A stretch of DNA of 64,000 bases, taken from the NCBI RefSeq assembly GCF_004010195.1, contig NC_057728.1:45038286-45102285 (forward strand). The letters run 5' to 3'. Of this stretch, positions 1-12,428 are shown in pieces; positions within the stretch are counted from its first letter, which is position 1; each line of letters opens with the position of its first letter. A program made the position numbers and the translations under genes. This DNA comes from Chiloscyllium plagiosum (taxonomy: Eukaryota). The notes beneath the pieces were generated by a model. The model ran no database searches. It saw nothing but the letters and a program-made list of their open reading frames with translations, and was not told the DNA's origin.

Positions 1-456
1 CAGGATCTCGAATTCATGGGTAAATTTGGAATTTTTCAGCCTGTCTATAGTAAAGGTTTATTGGTGGTTCTAGAGACTGTACTCAGTCAAGTATAAGGTT
101 TCTTCAGAACCTGAATCATTCACTGTTACTTTCGTATGAGTTCAGAATGGATCAGTTACTGACTACGTATGGCAAGAACAGACATCTCTTTTATTCAGGC
201 AGATGTACCAGAGAGCATATGGCAGATGGAAATAATGATATTTGGGATGGCTTATATTTCCCTTTTATTCCAATAATCTCATCATTTCCATATACTCGCT
301 AGGGTTGAGTGAGTTCTGCTTACACCTGCCCTCAGATTCAAAAGAATCTTTGACAGATGTTAAATCAATCAGTATCCTACAATAAATAACTCCATTACCC
401 AGATAAGGTTTCCTTTATCCAGAAAAGCTCTATTCTTAGATTTACTGTAGACTTAC

Positions 457-649
457 CTGGTTAAGTTCATCCTCTAATTGACATGAATCCAGGCCTAACT
501 TTGGAAATTCCTCTTCCTTCACCTCCTTTATAATGTTGTACATCTGATGATAATCCGTTGCTGAAACATCTGATAAATTAACATGATGAGGAATGAGATC
601 ATGACTGACTGCACCTACTTTAAGCATTTCCAGGATCTTGTCTGTGTTT
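457..649 (-). CDS. SLC6A15: SLC6A15 coding exon 7 (193 nt; extended EL4)
   Basis: Acceptor ttgcag|, donor CAG|gtaagt; [65 protein letters not shown]; cumulative length 1305 nt, phase 0. Confidence 0.95.
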
Positions 650-739
650 CTGCAATGTAACACATGGAGCCAAATCAGTGTGAGTAACAACATGCAATCC
701 TTGGGTGAAACTGGTATGGAATTGGGAATCATTACCCAC

Positions 740-981
740 CTCACAATACATTTTTCATTGATAATATTCGCTTTAAAGCCTAAGACAGCAAACACTACCA
801 GTGTTGCTAACACAGATGTAAAGAAATTGATGAAGGAGACAAGGACAGCATCAAAATGGCAGTTGTTATCTCGTTTGTTGTAACTGGAGAAAGCAATCAC
901 ACCACCAAATCCCAGCCCGAGGGCAAAGAATACTTGGGTAGCAGCCCCTCTCCAGACCTGAGGGTCCAACATAATTTCCAA
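740..981 (-). CDS. SLC6A15: SLC6A15 coding exon 6 (242 nt; TM6-TM7)
   Basis: Acceptor cctcacag|, donor AG|gtgggt; [80 protein letters not shown]. Confidence 0.96.
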
Positions 982-1424
982 CTGTGAGGTAAGAAAAGAT
1001 ATTGTCATTAGTGCTCTGTGCAGACTCAGCCAATTCCATCATATATTCAAAGTACAGCAAAGATTTTTTGCTTACAAAGCACTACAGACCATCCCTAAGA
1101 TTTGCTACTGTAACATAAACTAGCTAAAACACATTCACCTTGCAGCCTTGGCATGACCATTGCCACAGGGCACTCTAAATGAACATTCAAGATATTGCCA
1201 TAAAAAACAATTTAAAATTAGCTGGTGACTGCCACAGAAGGTTCCACATAAACTTCTACTTACTATTACATTTTCTGATATATCTCCCCTCTTGTCACTC
1301 ATATGGTACTGCGAGTTATTTCTGCATTTTCTCTGCAGCTTTCTTACTTGCTATTCATCTGTTTAGATATCAACTGTGTTCAAACTACTGTAATGACACA
1401 CCAAATGTGTTCAAATGGCTTCCA

Positions 1425-1722
1425 ATATCATGACAACTACCATCTAGAAGGACTAGGGAAGCAGATATGTGAGAATACCACAACTGCAAATTCCCCTCAA
1501 AGTCACTCACTATCCTGATGTGGAAATAAATCCCCAATCCTTCAGAGTCACTAGGTCAAAATCCTGGAAATCCTTCCCAGTGGCATTGTGAGTTCACCTA
1601 CACCAAGTACTCTGCAGTGACAAAAGGAAGCAGCTCACTACCACCTTCTTAAGGGCAACTTGTGATGGGGCAATGAATGCTAGCCCACCCAGCAATGCTC
1701 ATATCCAATGAATAAATGACAA
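1425..1722 (+). mobile_element. LINE 3' end fragment (CR1/L2-group; family recurring in window)
   Basis: Homologous to 4299-4795, 30888-31215 (-) and 52000-53260 (-); ends ...atatccaatgaataaatga. Confidence 0.6.
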
Positions 1723-2123
1723 AAAGAGGAGATATTGGAATAAGAAGAAAGAGAATGAATATATAAATAGAGGTTTTAAATAGTGGTGCTAGGTGCCATT
1801 TCTAAAAGTGAGAACTAATCGGAATTGGGACAACAGACAATCTTTCACTATGGTCTCTTTAATTAGATTGGATTTATGATGTATTTTGTAGATAACTAAT
1901 TGCAGTACAATTTAAATGGTAAAATTATGTATAATTTACAATACAGAAGCATGCTATTCAAAGAAACTGGTCTTTTCTGGTGCTTATGCTTGTATACTCT
2001 ACTTCCTCTAACCTCACCAGCATATTAATTTAGTCCTTTCTTCTCTCATGCCTCTCCTTACAGACACCAATACTAATCACCTCATCTGCTCCATATAATA
2101 GCAAGTTCTACATTATAACCACA

Positions 2124-2640
2124 GAGGAGAAAGTGAGGACTGCAGATGCGGCATGGTGGCATACTGGTTAGCACTGTTACCTCACAGCGCCAGAGACCCA
2201 GGTTCAATTCCCGCCTCAGGCGACTGACTGTGTGGAGTTTGCACGTTCTCCCCGTGTCTGTGTGGGTTTCCTCCAGGTTCTCTGGTTTCCTCCCACAGTC
2301 CAAAGATGTGCAGGTCAGGTGAATTGGCCATGCTAAATTGTCCGTGGTGTTAGGTAAGGGGTGAATGTAGGGGTATGGGTGGGTTGCGCTTCAGCGGGTC
2401 GGTGTGGACTTGTTGGGCCGAAGGGCCTGTTTCCACACTGTAATGTAATGTAATGTAATCTAATCTAATCTAAAAAAATGCTGGAGATCAGAGCTGAAAA
2501 TGTGTTGCTGGAAAAGCGCAGCAGGTCAAGGAGCAGGAGAATTGATGTTTCCTGAAGAAGGGCTCATGCCCGAAACATCGATTCTCCTGCTCCTTCGATG
2601 CTGCCTGACCTGCTGCGCTTTTCCAGCAACACATTTTCAG
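2124..2640. mobile_element. Palindromic PLE terminus, family A, interrupted by a SINE
   Basis: TSD ctacat(t/g)ataaccaca at 2108-2123 and 2641-2656; inverted arms; hammerhead-like core at 2552. Confidence 0.75.
2148..2477 (+). mobile_element. HE1/V-type tRNA-derived SINE, full length
   Basis: A-box-like tggc...tgg and B-box ggttcaattcc, central tgtgtggagtttgcacgttctcccc domain, CR1-like 3' end, (taatg/taatc)n tail. Confidence 0.85.
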
Positions 2641-3073
2641 CTACATGATAACCACACTCTGGATAATGAGGTTCCAAATTATTTACTGGTGGCTGTCTTA
2701 TATGTAAGTGCTTGAGAACTTGGCCTCTTGTAACTGTTATAGCTATTTATGTTTGTCCATTTAAGTATTGCAATCTTTATAATAAGGAATATTTTGCTGG
2801 TGTAGCTTTTTAATACTGTCCATAATATAACTAGTGTCTGTTGTTGAAACTGCAAACTATACGAACCATTAATTATATTGACAGATTCATTAATCACATA
2901 ACCTGTACATATCTAAGCAATAAAGTCTTGTTTGTAATTCTTTTGCTGAGTTTTGGAATAAAATTCCCTTGTGAGGAAAATAAATTAAAGTTTTAGATCT
3001 TTTTTATGATTCTTGTATTAGCTTGAGTGCATAGTTTGATCTGAATAGATTTATTCCTGGACTGGAATAAACT

Positions 3074-3203
3074 GGTGATACCTGATGAAGGAACGTCGCT
3101 CCAAAAGCTAGTGTGCTTCCAATTAAACCTGTTGGACTATAACCTGGTGTTGTGTGATTTTTAACTTTGTACACCCCAGTCCAACACCGGCATCTCCAAA
3201 TCA
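3074..3203 (+). mobile_element. PLE terminus, family B (single arm)
   Basis: 11-bp TSD tggaataaact (3063-3073 / 3204-3214); ctgatga core with GAAA mutated to AAAA. Confidence 0.75.
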
Positions 3204-3252
3204 TGGAATAAACTAGTTTGTGACCACCATGAAGCTACTGGTACACTCTCTA

Positions 3253-3266
3253 CCACTAGGTGGCAT
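3253..3266 (+). promoter_or_regulatory. CTCF-like motif
   Basis: CCACTAGGTGGCAT versus core consensus CCASYAGRKGGCRS. Confidence 0.5.
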
Positions 3267-3374
3267 GCAATATAACAATTGTGTGTGCTTATCTGGAATT
3301 TCAGCACGACATGGTACTGACAGAGTCATTACGAAGCATTTTTTAATTGAACAATAAAACTGAGCAGACCATAC

Positions 3375-3485
3375 CTTAGGGGTAAACATGTAACGGATTC
3401 CATCCAAAGAACCTTTCAGGAGAAGACCTCGAACCAGGAAGCAGATAAGTACAACATAGGGAAACAGAGAACTAAAATACATCAC
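3375..3485 (-). CDS. SLC6A15: SLC6A15 coding exon 5 (111 nt; TM5)
   Basis: Acceptor ttttcag|, donor |gtatgg; [37 protein letters not shown]. Confidence 0.97.
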
Positions 3486-3815
3486 CTGAAAAATACGTGG
3501 AGGTTAATTATTTTCAACAAAAGAATAAAAAGAAATCCTTTTCACTTACAGAAAATATGTGGACACTTAACAATTTCATTACTGCATTTCAACCAATCTG
3601 CATGATTGAAACTTTGTTAAATGCAAGGGTTTTTCAGTTGTAATCAGTATTGGCCTTTATTGTATTTTTAGTGTAATAAAAGATTTTAATAAAGCTGGAC
3701 AGTAGAAAATGTGCAGTTGACAATATTAATTAGATTCATACTGAACTAAATATGCAAGATGATCTGCAATTAAAACTACAAGATAAGGTAGCTGGTTAGG
3801 AACTCTAACCTCCTT

Positions 3816-4298
3816 GGCTGCATGATGGCTCAGTGGTTAGCACTGCTGCCTCACCACACCAGGGACCCCCAGGATTGATTCCACTCTCAAGGGACTGGCT
3901 GTGTGCAGTGTGCACATTCTCCCTATGTCTGCGTGGGTTTCCTCTGGGTGCTCCTTCCACTGTCCAAAGATGAGCAGGTTAGATGGATTGGCCATGCTAA
4001 ATTGCCCGTAGTGTTCAAGGATATGTAATTAGATTCATTAGATAGACTTTGGAAGGCAGGAAGTGAGTCATTCACCATAGAATCCTGACAGTGCTGAAGA
4101 AGACCATTCATCCCATCAAATCCACACCAGTCCTCCAAAAAGTATCCTACACAGACCCCCCCCCCCCCCCCATTACTGTAACCCTGCATTTCCCATGGCT
4201 AACTCAAGTAGCCTGCACATCCTTGAACACTATGGGCAATTTAGCATGGCCAATCCACCTAACCTGCTCATCTTTGGACAGTGGAAGGAGCACCCAGA
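3816..4298. mobile_element. HE1-type SINE rearranged by a local inversion
   Basis: Head on + (3816-4025); 3' half on - (about 4075-4298); 83-bp inverted duplication. Confidence 0.8.
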
Positions 4299-4795
4299 CA
4301 AAGCTTAAGTCAAGAGTGTATTGGAACATTCTCTACTTGCCTGGATAAGTGCAGCTCAAACAACACTTCAACAAGCTGGCCCATCTGGCCTGCTTCATTG
4401 GCACCATGTCTACCACCTTCAACATTCATTCCTTCATTACTGACACACAGTAGCATCAGTGTGTCCCACCTGCAAGATGCAAAAGTTTAGCTCGCCTCAT
4501 TCGACAGCACCTTGCAAACTCATGACCTGGACCATATTGAAGGCAGATGCTTGGGAACACTACCATCTGCAAGTTACGATTCAAGCCAATCATCATTCTG
4601 ACATGTAAGTTTATCTCTGTTCCTTCACTGCTGCTGGGTCAAAATCCTGGAACTTCCATCCTAACAGCACTGGGTGTCCCTTCACCCCAAGAACTGCAGA
4701 ATTCAAGAAGGCAGATCACCTTCTCCAGAGCAGTTAGGAATGGGGAATAAATCTTGGTCAGCCAGTGATACTCATATTTCATGATTGAATAAAAT
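4299..4795 (+). mobile_element. LINE 3' fragment
   Basis: Same family as 1425-1722. Confidence 0.6.
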
Positions 4796-4841
4796 GATTA
4801 TAGCTTATTTTTTTTAGAACCTCAGCAATTTTTTCTTCCTG

Positions 4842-5150
4842 GAAGAAAGTGAGGACTGCAGACTCTGATCTCCAGAGTCACAAAGTGTGGTGCTGGAAAA
4901 GCATAGCCGGCCAGGCTGCATCCAAGGAACAGGAGAGTTGACGTTTCCTGATGAAGAGCTTATGCTTAAAACATTGACTCTCCTGCTCCTCGGATGCTGC
5001 CTGACTTGCTGTGCTTTTCTAGCACCACACGTTTAGACTCTGATCTCCAGCATCTGCAGTCTTCACATTCTCCGAGTTGATTTTAACCTTACTATGAAGC
5101 CTCTTCCAAAAGGATGCTTACTCTGAAGAGGTTCTCCTCTTCCCTCTACA
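4842..5150. mobile_element. Palindromic PLE terminus, family A, with a ~75-bp extension
   Basis: Inverted arms around 4945; flanking direct repeat tttcttcctg (4832-4841 / 5156-5165). Confidence 0.7.
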
Positions 5151-5473
5151 ACTTCTTTCTTCCTGTCAACATCCTACAAATCTCTAGACAGCAATGGCTC
5201 TCTAACTGGTGGACAGTGCTACACCTGCCAGTCATCCTTTGACATGTTCTTCAAAATGAGCTTCACCAGCAGATTTTCCTGAGGGGTCAGATTGTTTCCT
5301 CACCAGAAGCTCACTCTAAAACAACTAGCTGAATTTGTATCGTCCTGTTAATACACTGCCATGTTTCCAATCCGGTATGTTTGGAAGCAAATCATTTCTG
5401 GATTTCAGAGGTTTGTGGATTAAGGAATGATATGGGCAAAATTAATTACAGCCACTGTAGAGATCAGTAGTAG

Positions 5474-5555
5474 AGAAGCAGGAGGCTGGAAGAACTCAGC
5501 AAGCCAGGCAGCATCAGGAGGTGGAGAAGTTGACGTTTCAGTTATAACCCTTCAG
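5474..5555 (-). mobile_element. PLE terminus fragment (A-related subfamily)
   Basis: Matches the arm of the palindrome at 52741-52920. Confidence 0.6.
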
Positions 5556-6631
5556 AGCAAACATTTATAGTTATATTGATATCAAAGTGATAGAAATGGG
5601 TAAGCGGAAGGATATCTGACATTTAAAACATAGCAGCCTGAATAAAAAGCTTTCAGCAGCTTCTGGCTACTTGCATTACATGAACAGTTGGAATGGGTAG
5701 TTCATGAATTGAGTGGGTCCAGTCATAGAAGTTCCAGCCAGTGGTGTTTCTGAAAAATAGACTTCCAGACTATAGAGGTCACAGGATATAGGAACATATT
5801 TCAAGGTTGCTTCCAGAAATTTAATTCGACAAACATTAACATCAGTCCAAAAAGGTATAACCAAAAGCCAAACCAAGGTATGGATTTTAAAGAACAATAT
5901 GGAAGGAACTCCAGTTAGGGCACCTTTGGCTGAAAATGTGGTTGTCAATGGTGAGGTGAAGAAACCTTGTGAGGAACAATGCAGAACTCTTAGAAGATGA
6001 GCAGGTTACAGAGACAGGGAGGGATCATGCTGTGGGAGATCTGAGGTCAATATAAATCAATAAGCATAGGCTAATGGGTGAATGGGTCTTTAGTTTCCAC
6101 AGGATATGAACAGTAGCAGAACATGGATAGAACGATAGAAAGCAGAAGACATGCCTAGAAACCTCTAGAATTGTTCAGGTTATAAGTGACTGAAGATCTG
6201 GATGAGAGTTTTGGCAGCAATTAAGATAACGATGGAAAAGGGACAAATGACACTTTGGTGCTGGGGGTGGATAGAGAGTGTAGGATTTGAAGCCTTTTAT
6301 GGTGCCAGAGAAAATGAGGGGCTCAGTGCAGGCTGTATGGATTTTGCAGAGGGACTAGACAAAGATCAATGATTTTTGTCTTCTCATCGTTTTACTGGAG
6401 GAAAAGGAGATTACTGAGAATGCATATTTTACAAGCAACCTCATAATAGGCAGAGCAGGAGATGAGATGGATGATACTGGATGAAGCCTATATATGTGTG
6501 AAACCCAATTCCATCTCTTCGGATGCTGATAGCTTAAAGCTGTAGGTAGATAAGGATGAGAAGGCAACTTGATGCCTTAAGGGTATCAAAATGTAATTAT
6601 CTCAAAGTGTGTCATGAAGCCATCGATAATC

Positions 6632-7140
6632 AGAATCATATAGATGGAAAAAGACCTAGTGGTCTAACTCATCCATACGGACTACATTTCCCAAACTAAA
6701 CTATTCCCATTTGCCTGCGTTTGATCCATATCCCTCCAAACCTTTTCCAATCATGTACTTGTCCAATTGGCTTTTAAATGGTGTAACTGGACCAATTTCT
6801 TGGCAGTTCTTTCCACATATGAACCACACACTGTGTGAAAAGGTTCCCCCTCAGCTCCCTTTTGAATCTTTCTCCGCTCATCTTAAAAATATGCCCTCTA
6901 GTTCTGAACTCCCCTACCCTTTGCTCTTCACATTATCTATGCTCCTCATGATTTTTAAAAACTCCATAAAGGCATCCCTCAATCTCCTACAGTCCCAGGC
7001 TGTCCAGCCTTTCCTTAAAACTCACCCCACCAGTCCCAGTAACATCCTTGTCACTGTTTTCTGCACCCCTTCCAATTTAATAACATTCTTCCTATAACAG
7101 TGCCATCAGAATAGGACACAGTATCCCAGAAGTGGCCTCA
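6632..7140 (-). mobile_element. CR1/HER1-type LINE 3' fragment
   Basis: Homologous to 15851-16330 and to the reverse complement of 41691-42065. Confidence 0.75.
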
Positions 7141-9639
7141 TGTATTTAGATAAGTCAGAGTGCACTTCCCTGAGGACTTCACAGACTTCACTGTCAGCTT
7201 GGATTATAGGTTCAAGACAAATTAAGTGGGGTGTGGGGGGGGGGGGGGGAAAGGGCGTGGGTTTGGAAAAATATGGGTTCTAGGTTAGGGATAGGAAGCT
7301 TTTACAGCTTGGAGGGCAATGACTGTGGCACAAGTAGCTAAATAGATAGCCTATGCAAGAGTTCCTGGTGACCTTCACATTTGCTGGTGCTGTGAGCAGT
7401 TGGAGATGTTGTGGAGAAAATATGGAGATTGTTGATCAAATGGAGAACAGGGAGAGAGCTTATTTGGGTATCCAAGATTGATCTAGAATAATAAAATGTT
7501 TTGAAGAGTATAGAGACTCAATAGTGTTTGATGCAATTCAGCAATACCTGACAACAGATAGTTAGAGCAATTGAGAGGAAATAATGGAACCTAGCAGATT
7601 TTTAGGGTTACAATGACAGCCAAAATACACACATGAATGGACATACCAGAAATACAAGTTACAAAGGCATAGCAAAGATTAGAGGAAATATGACTTAGTT
7701 GTGAGCAGACAATAGAGAGGAGACAGCCCCAAGTTAAAGCCTGAGGTCATCTGATGGGATGATGGTACCTTTAAAGTTGGCTTGGAGCATGACTGAAAAA
7801 ATGTCCACTTTGGTCACACTTGTCAACTTAGGTGGTCTTTTATCAGACACTGCTTGTGTAATGGAATCTCCAGCACCAGGTGGCAACAGACAGGGAGCAC
7901 ACTAGACAGGGCAGCTACAGCAGTTATACCCGAACCTCCACTGAGTAGGTGGCAACAATGAGGGAACGTAGCTGGAGCAGTCAAATTGACCCTCTCTGAA
8001 AAAGAGGGTGTCTTTGGGGAAGAAGGTCTCATAAGAAAAAGGAGCAGACAAGCAAAGGATTCCTCAAGCTGATGTGAACTATATTTTCATTCATGTGCAG
8101 ACAGCAACTGCTTCCTGGATAACTTTAATTTCCCTTCATGTTTGTGATGACCTGATGCTTTTAGAATAATAAATCCATGCTTCATGATTTTTGGACTGTG
8201 TGTGTGCATTCAAGTCTTATGTTATATTTCATTTCAATAAGGAGTGTCAAAAATAGCTGTGCTGCCCTCACCATGCCACTAACTTTAGTCTCACTATACT
8301 AGTGCACTCTGGGAGGTCAAACTCAGTCCTTTCAGCTCTGCATGGCTAGTTACTCAATCATCTTTTTAGACTGATCTTCAACATTGTGTTGACCTCTGAA
8401 TTTCTGCCGACTTATCTTCAAAATATATCTTTCTATTCTTTATTTTTTCTAGTGGTTTTTAAATGTTATGGCTTATTTTAAAAACATTGATAATGGATCA
8501 CTGTCACAGTTTTATGTTGAATAAACATAGCCCTAGAAAGGACCAACGGTTTCACATCAGTAACTTATTTTTGGGAACAGCATGCTCTCTTCTAACATCT
8601 CCTAACCATAACAAAGGTCATCAAGAACAAGTGAAACCTAAGTCTGAGAATCTCCTTCGAACTTCTCTAATGACATTTTGAGAAATCCCAAAAATATCTA
8701 CTCAGCCTCAGGAAACTGGAGCCAGTTCAGTTAATGTTAAATCAACTTATTTTATTATTTTCATTGAATGGCAACTTTGAAAAGTTAGCTTAGTTTAGGG
8801 CTGTTCACTATAGATGCATGAAGGATTCACTGCATTACAGACAGAAGTGTCTCTCTATAACCAAACGTTTTCATTTAAATGAAGTTCTCAGGTCTCCCAA
8901 GGTGTGTCTTATTTTAATAAATTCAATGCTCCTGAAATATCTTGGACATCTTTTTCCTGTGACTATGTTCGTTCCACAATTTTCAAAATATAAGTAATTA
9001 ACAGGTGTATGACAGCAATCAAACCACTTTCCAGATATGGACTTCCACAAATGTTAATCTGAAGTGGTTCTAGTGGTGTTTGACACAATAATCTTTTCAA
9101 TATATCAAAAATGGCGGAACTACTCATTCATCTCAATGACATCCATTGGACATTGCTAGTTCACGCATAACAAGTAGTGCTCACCAAAGGTCAATGCTGG
9201 TGATGTTACAAGCATGTTTTTCTAAAATCACATAATTTATGGAGCTACAAGAAATATATTAAGTTACTGGTTGTTTTCAACCATAGAATTGTGAGGTACT
9301 TTAATACAGTGCCGAGAATAAAGGCAACTCTAAAGGTTGGACAGTGTAAATGGATACCAGACAATTGAAAGGTCTCCAAATTTGATCTTGTTTATTAGTG
9401 CAGCAAAATTATTGGGCTGGCTATGAAGAAAATCATAATTTAAAGGCGATCTATCTTCAATTATTTGGTTGACCTATGCTAAACAGAACATGAGTGCTAT
9501 TGCAGGCAGGCAATACTTGAAAGGCTGCATGAGCTTAGGGTCGTTAATGGCTTGGATTCAGTGTATTAAAGGAAGATGGGATCGAGTTCTTTTTCAAGCT
9601 CCATTAGAGAACAGGGGGTGAGGGATGGGGGGGGGGGGG

Positions 9640-10630
9640 AATTCACAATTTTGAGATGACACCAAACTTAAGAGGTGTGGTAAACAAGTGGTATAAATCA
9701 CCTGCAACAGGTTAGCAGAATGGGGAGACAAGTGGCAGATGGAATTTAATTCAGCCAAATGAAAGGTGATGCAATTTGGCAAAAGAGATCAGAAGAGGCG
9801 ATCTCAGCTTAGTAAACAATTCTAAAAAGACTGCAGGAACAGAGGGACTTGTAGATGCATGCATATTGATTTTTCAAGGTGTAAGGAGGACATATGAAGA
9901 GAGTGGTTAGCACAGCATATAGAAGCTTGTCTTCATAAAGATAGGACGGAGTACAAAAACATGGCTATACTGAAATTGTATAGCCCTCTGGTTAGGATAC
10001 AACTAGGCTGTAGCATCCAGGCTGATCATCGCACCTTGGGAAAGGTATGAAGCACCTTAATGGGTTGCAGAGGAGAAGACCAAACTTGTTATAGAGTTGG
10101 AGGGTTTTAGTTTCAAGGTTCAATTGGAAAGGTCAGTGTTTTCCTTGGAGACAGAGAGAATAGGGTAGATTGATAGAGATGTCCACAACTATAACAAGTT
10201 TCGACTGAATGTAAAAGGAAAAGCTCTTCCACATCGGCTAATGGTCAAAGGTCTGGGACTCAAATAAGATTCTGGGCAAGGCACACAGGACAAGAAAAGG
10301 AAGAAAACTTTTTACATTTTTTCTAATCAAACTGTTTAGATATATTATTAAATGCATTTGGACCATAGGGCTCTTGAACCCAGGCCTCCTGGCCAGAGGC
10401 AGGGGCACTACCACAGTGCCACAAGAGTCCTTAGAGCAATTTTTCCACAGAGAGTGTTGATCACCTTAAAATCCCTTCCAATCAGAGTGGCAGAAGCAGA
10501 AACAATCAATTATTTCAACAGGAAGTAAACCTGTAGGGCTATAGGAAAGGAGTGGATGAGTGGGACAAACTTGATAGCCCAGCTGGGAAATGGTAGAATT
10601 TCAATAGGCCAAATGGCTTCCTTCTGTGTC
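9640..10630 (+). mobile_element. Degenerate CR1 LINE (RT C-terminus to 3' end)
   Basis: Residual DDTKL and EWGDKWQMEFNSAK.KVMQFG motifs. Confidence 0.6.
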
Positions 10631-12271
10631 CCAAATGATGATGATCATGGCAGCAACAAAGCTGGGGACAATTCCTCAGCAATCATTTCCCCCCAACCGA
10701 AGTTGACATTCTTCAGGCATTACCTGGTGGGTGACTGGGTCCAAGGCATCTTCAAAGCAGATGATCCACCTCCAAGACCTGCCAGCTCATCAGAGGCTAG
10801 CAGCTCTCTATTACCAATGGCACTACCATGAGCAATGGCCACTGATAGCACTACTGTCACGTCTAGAAGTAGACTCATAACTGAAGGCTTTGAGGAATAT
10901 AGGGAGGATCCAACAGTAAGGGAGTGGGTCTGTTTAAAAGGAAAGTGGGGTCTTCTCATATGGGTCTTCCTTGCCATATGATCGTCCCTTTGTTTGAAAA
11001 GAACTATCCAGGTAGTAAAGAATTCCTCCTTAGCTGCATGTTTGCTTTGCAGGACTTGTCTGGCAGTTTATACTCATGCATGACCCCTTCTGGCTGCTAG
11101 GTGAATACCAGCTACAATAGAATGAGGCCAGTTCAGGCTTCAATTTGCCTCCTTCTTCCCAAATCTTAATCAGGGTAGCTGAGACGACAGAACGGTCTCC
11201 ACACTTTTCTTTCTCATCCCATTATACACCAGCCCCACAACACACCGTTCTCCTTGCCTAAATCAGGAGGGTGTATTTACAGTCCATCTATTCTTGCTAC
11301 ATTCTGAGATTACCCTGAAAGAAATCTGATGTAAAATAAGGGAGAGAATAACTGGTTATCTCAATTTCTCATCACTTTTAGGGTCTAGAAATCAGACCGC
11401 TCGTTTTTCATCTGTTTAAACATTTCTATAATTACAGGCATATTATTGAAACTGCATCCACATGAATATTTATAATATTGTTAGGGCAAGGAAGGGTGTT
11501 TTATTGATGTAGCACATTTTCCTCAGGGAGCTGAGTAAGAGCTAATTAATTCTGCAAGTAAATGAATAATGCAGCTTACTGTATAATACACATTGAAGTG
11601 CATTTGAGGGGGATAAGGAAGCACATTTCTAATAATGTCAGTCTTAAAGGCTGCTGTGTGGCTGGTTGTTCACTTAGTTTTAAATCACTCGACGCACGTT
11701 TAAAAGGAGTGGTAAATACAAGACGACCACTCTGGGTTTCGACTGAGCAAGCGGTTCAGCTCGATTTTCAAGAAAGTAAAACCCAAAAGACAAAACAGGA
11801 GCACTCGAAAGAAATTTTGTAGAAATTCCCAGAGACATGCACAAAAGAGTCATAAGTTTGGTGTTTTTGTAGACATATTCCCTTAACCTGTGTATGAAAT
11901 GAGATTTACCAACTAATACATGCATGGTTAAAATTAATTTTTTTTAAAAGTTATGAATTAAAAAGTTTCTTTTTAACTGGTCCAGCCATAAATTTGTCAT
12001 ATGCAGGAAATTGGGTGTATAATTAAATAAGCATCAGTGGAGTGATTTAGCAATACTGGACAGATGGCATCATTAATAGACTGACTAGACTGTGACCTTA
12101 CAAGCAGACATCTGAGCTAATCTCATTTAAATCCAGCCTACTTCACTGTGTATGCTTTCACAGCCAGGTAACTCAGGAGCTTCTTTGAATCAAAACGGAA
12201 CAGACAATTATGATCAGAATTATTGTTTTGAGGGGAAAATAAAACTTTGGAAATTTTAGAATCCAAATCCT

Positions 12272-12428
12272 TAGAAATGCTGGAAATACTCAACAGGTCT
12301 GGCAGCAGCTGTGGAGAATGACAGATGTTTGGAGGTCTGTGACTCAAATGCTGTCTGACCTGCTGAGTATTTCCAACATTTTCTGACTTTAATTCAGATT
12401 TGCAATGTTTGCAGTATTTTGCTTTTGC
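12272..12428. mobile_element. Degenerate palindromic repeat, probably PLE-derived
   Basis: Inverted arms gctggaaatactcaacaggtc / gacctgctgagtatttccaac; related copy at about 51640-51830. Confidence 0.5.

Noticed and set aside
442..1008. 188-aa ORF as a single coding unit
   Set aside because: It consists of two exons (981-740 and 649-457) plus intronic sequence that happens to be open.
2148..2225. tRNA gene (also at 3816, 28197, 29159)
   Set aside because: The A/B boxes are SINE heads followed by SINE core and LINE-like tail; there is no complete cloverleaf.
7226..7262. G-rich / poly-G tracts (also 4156-4172, 9620-9639, 58048-58080)
   Set aside because: These are simple homopolymer expansions, some within repeats; nothing supports function beyond G4 potential.
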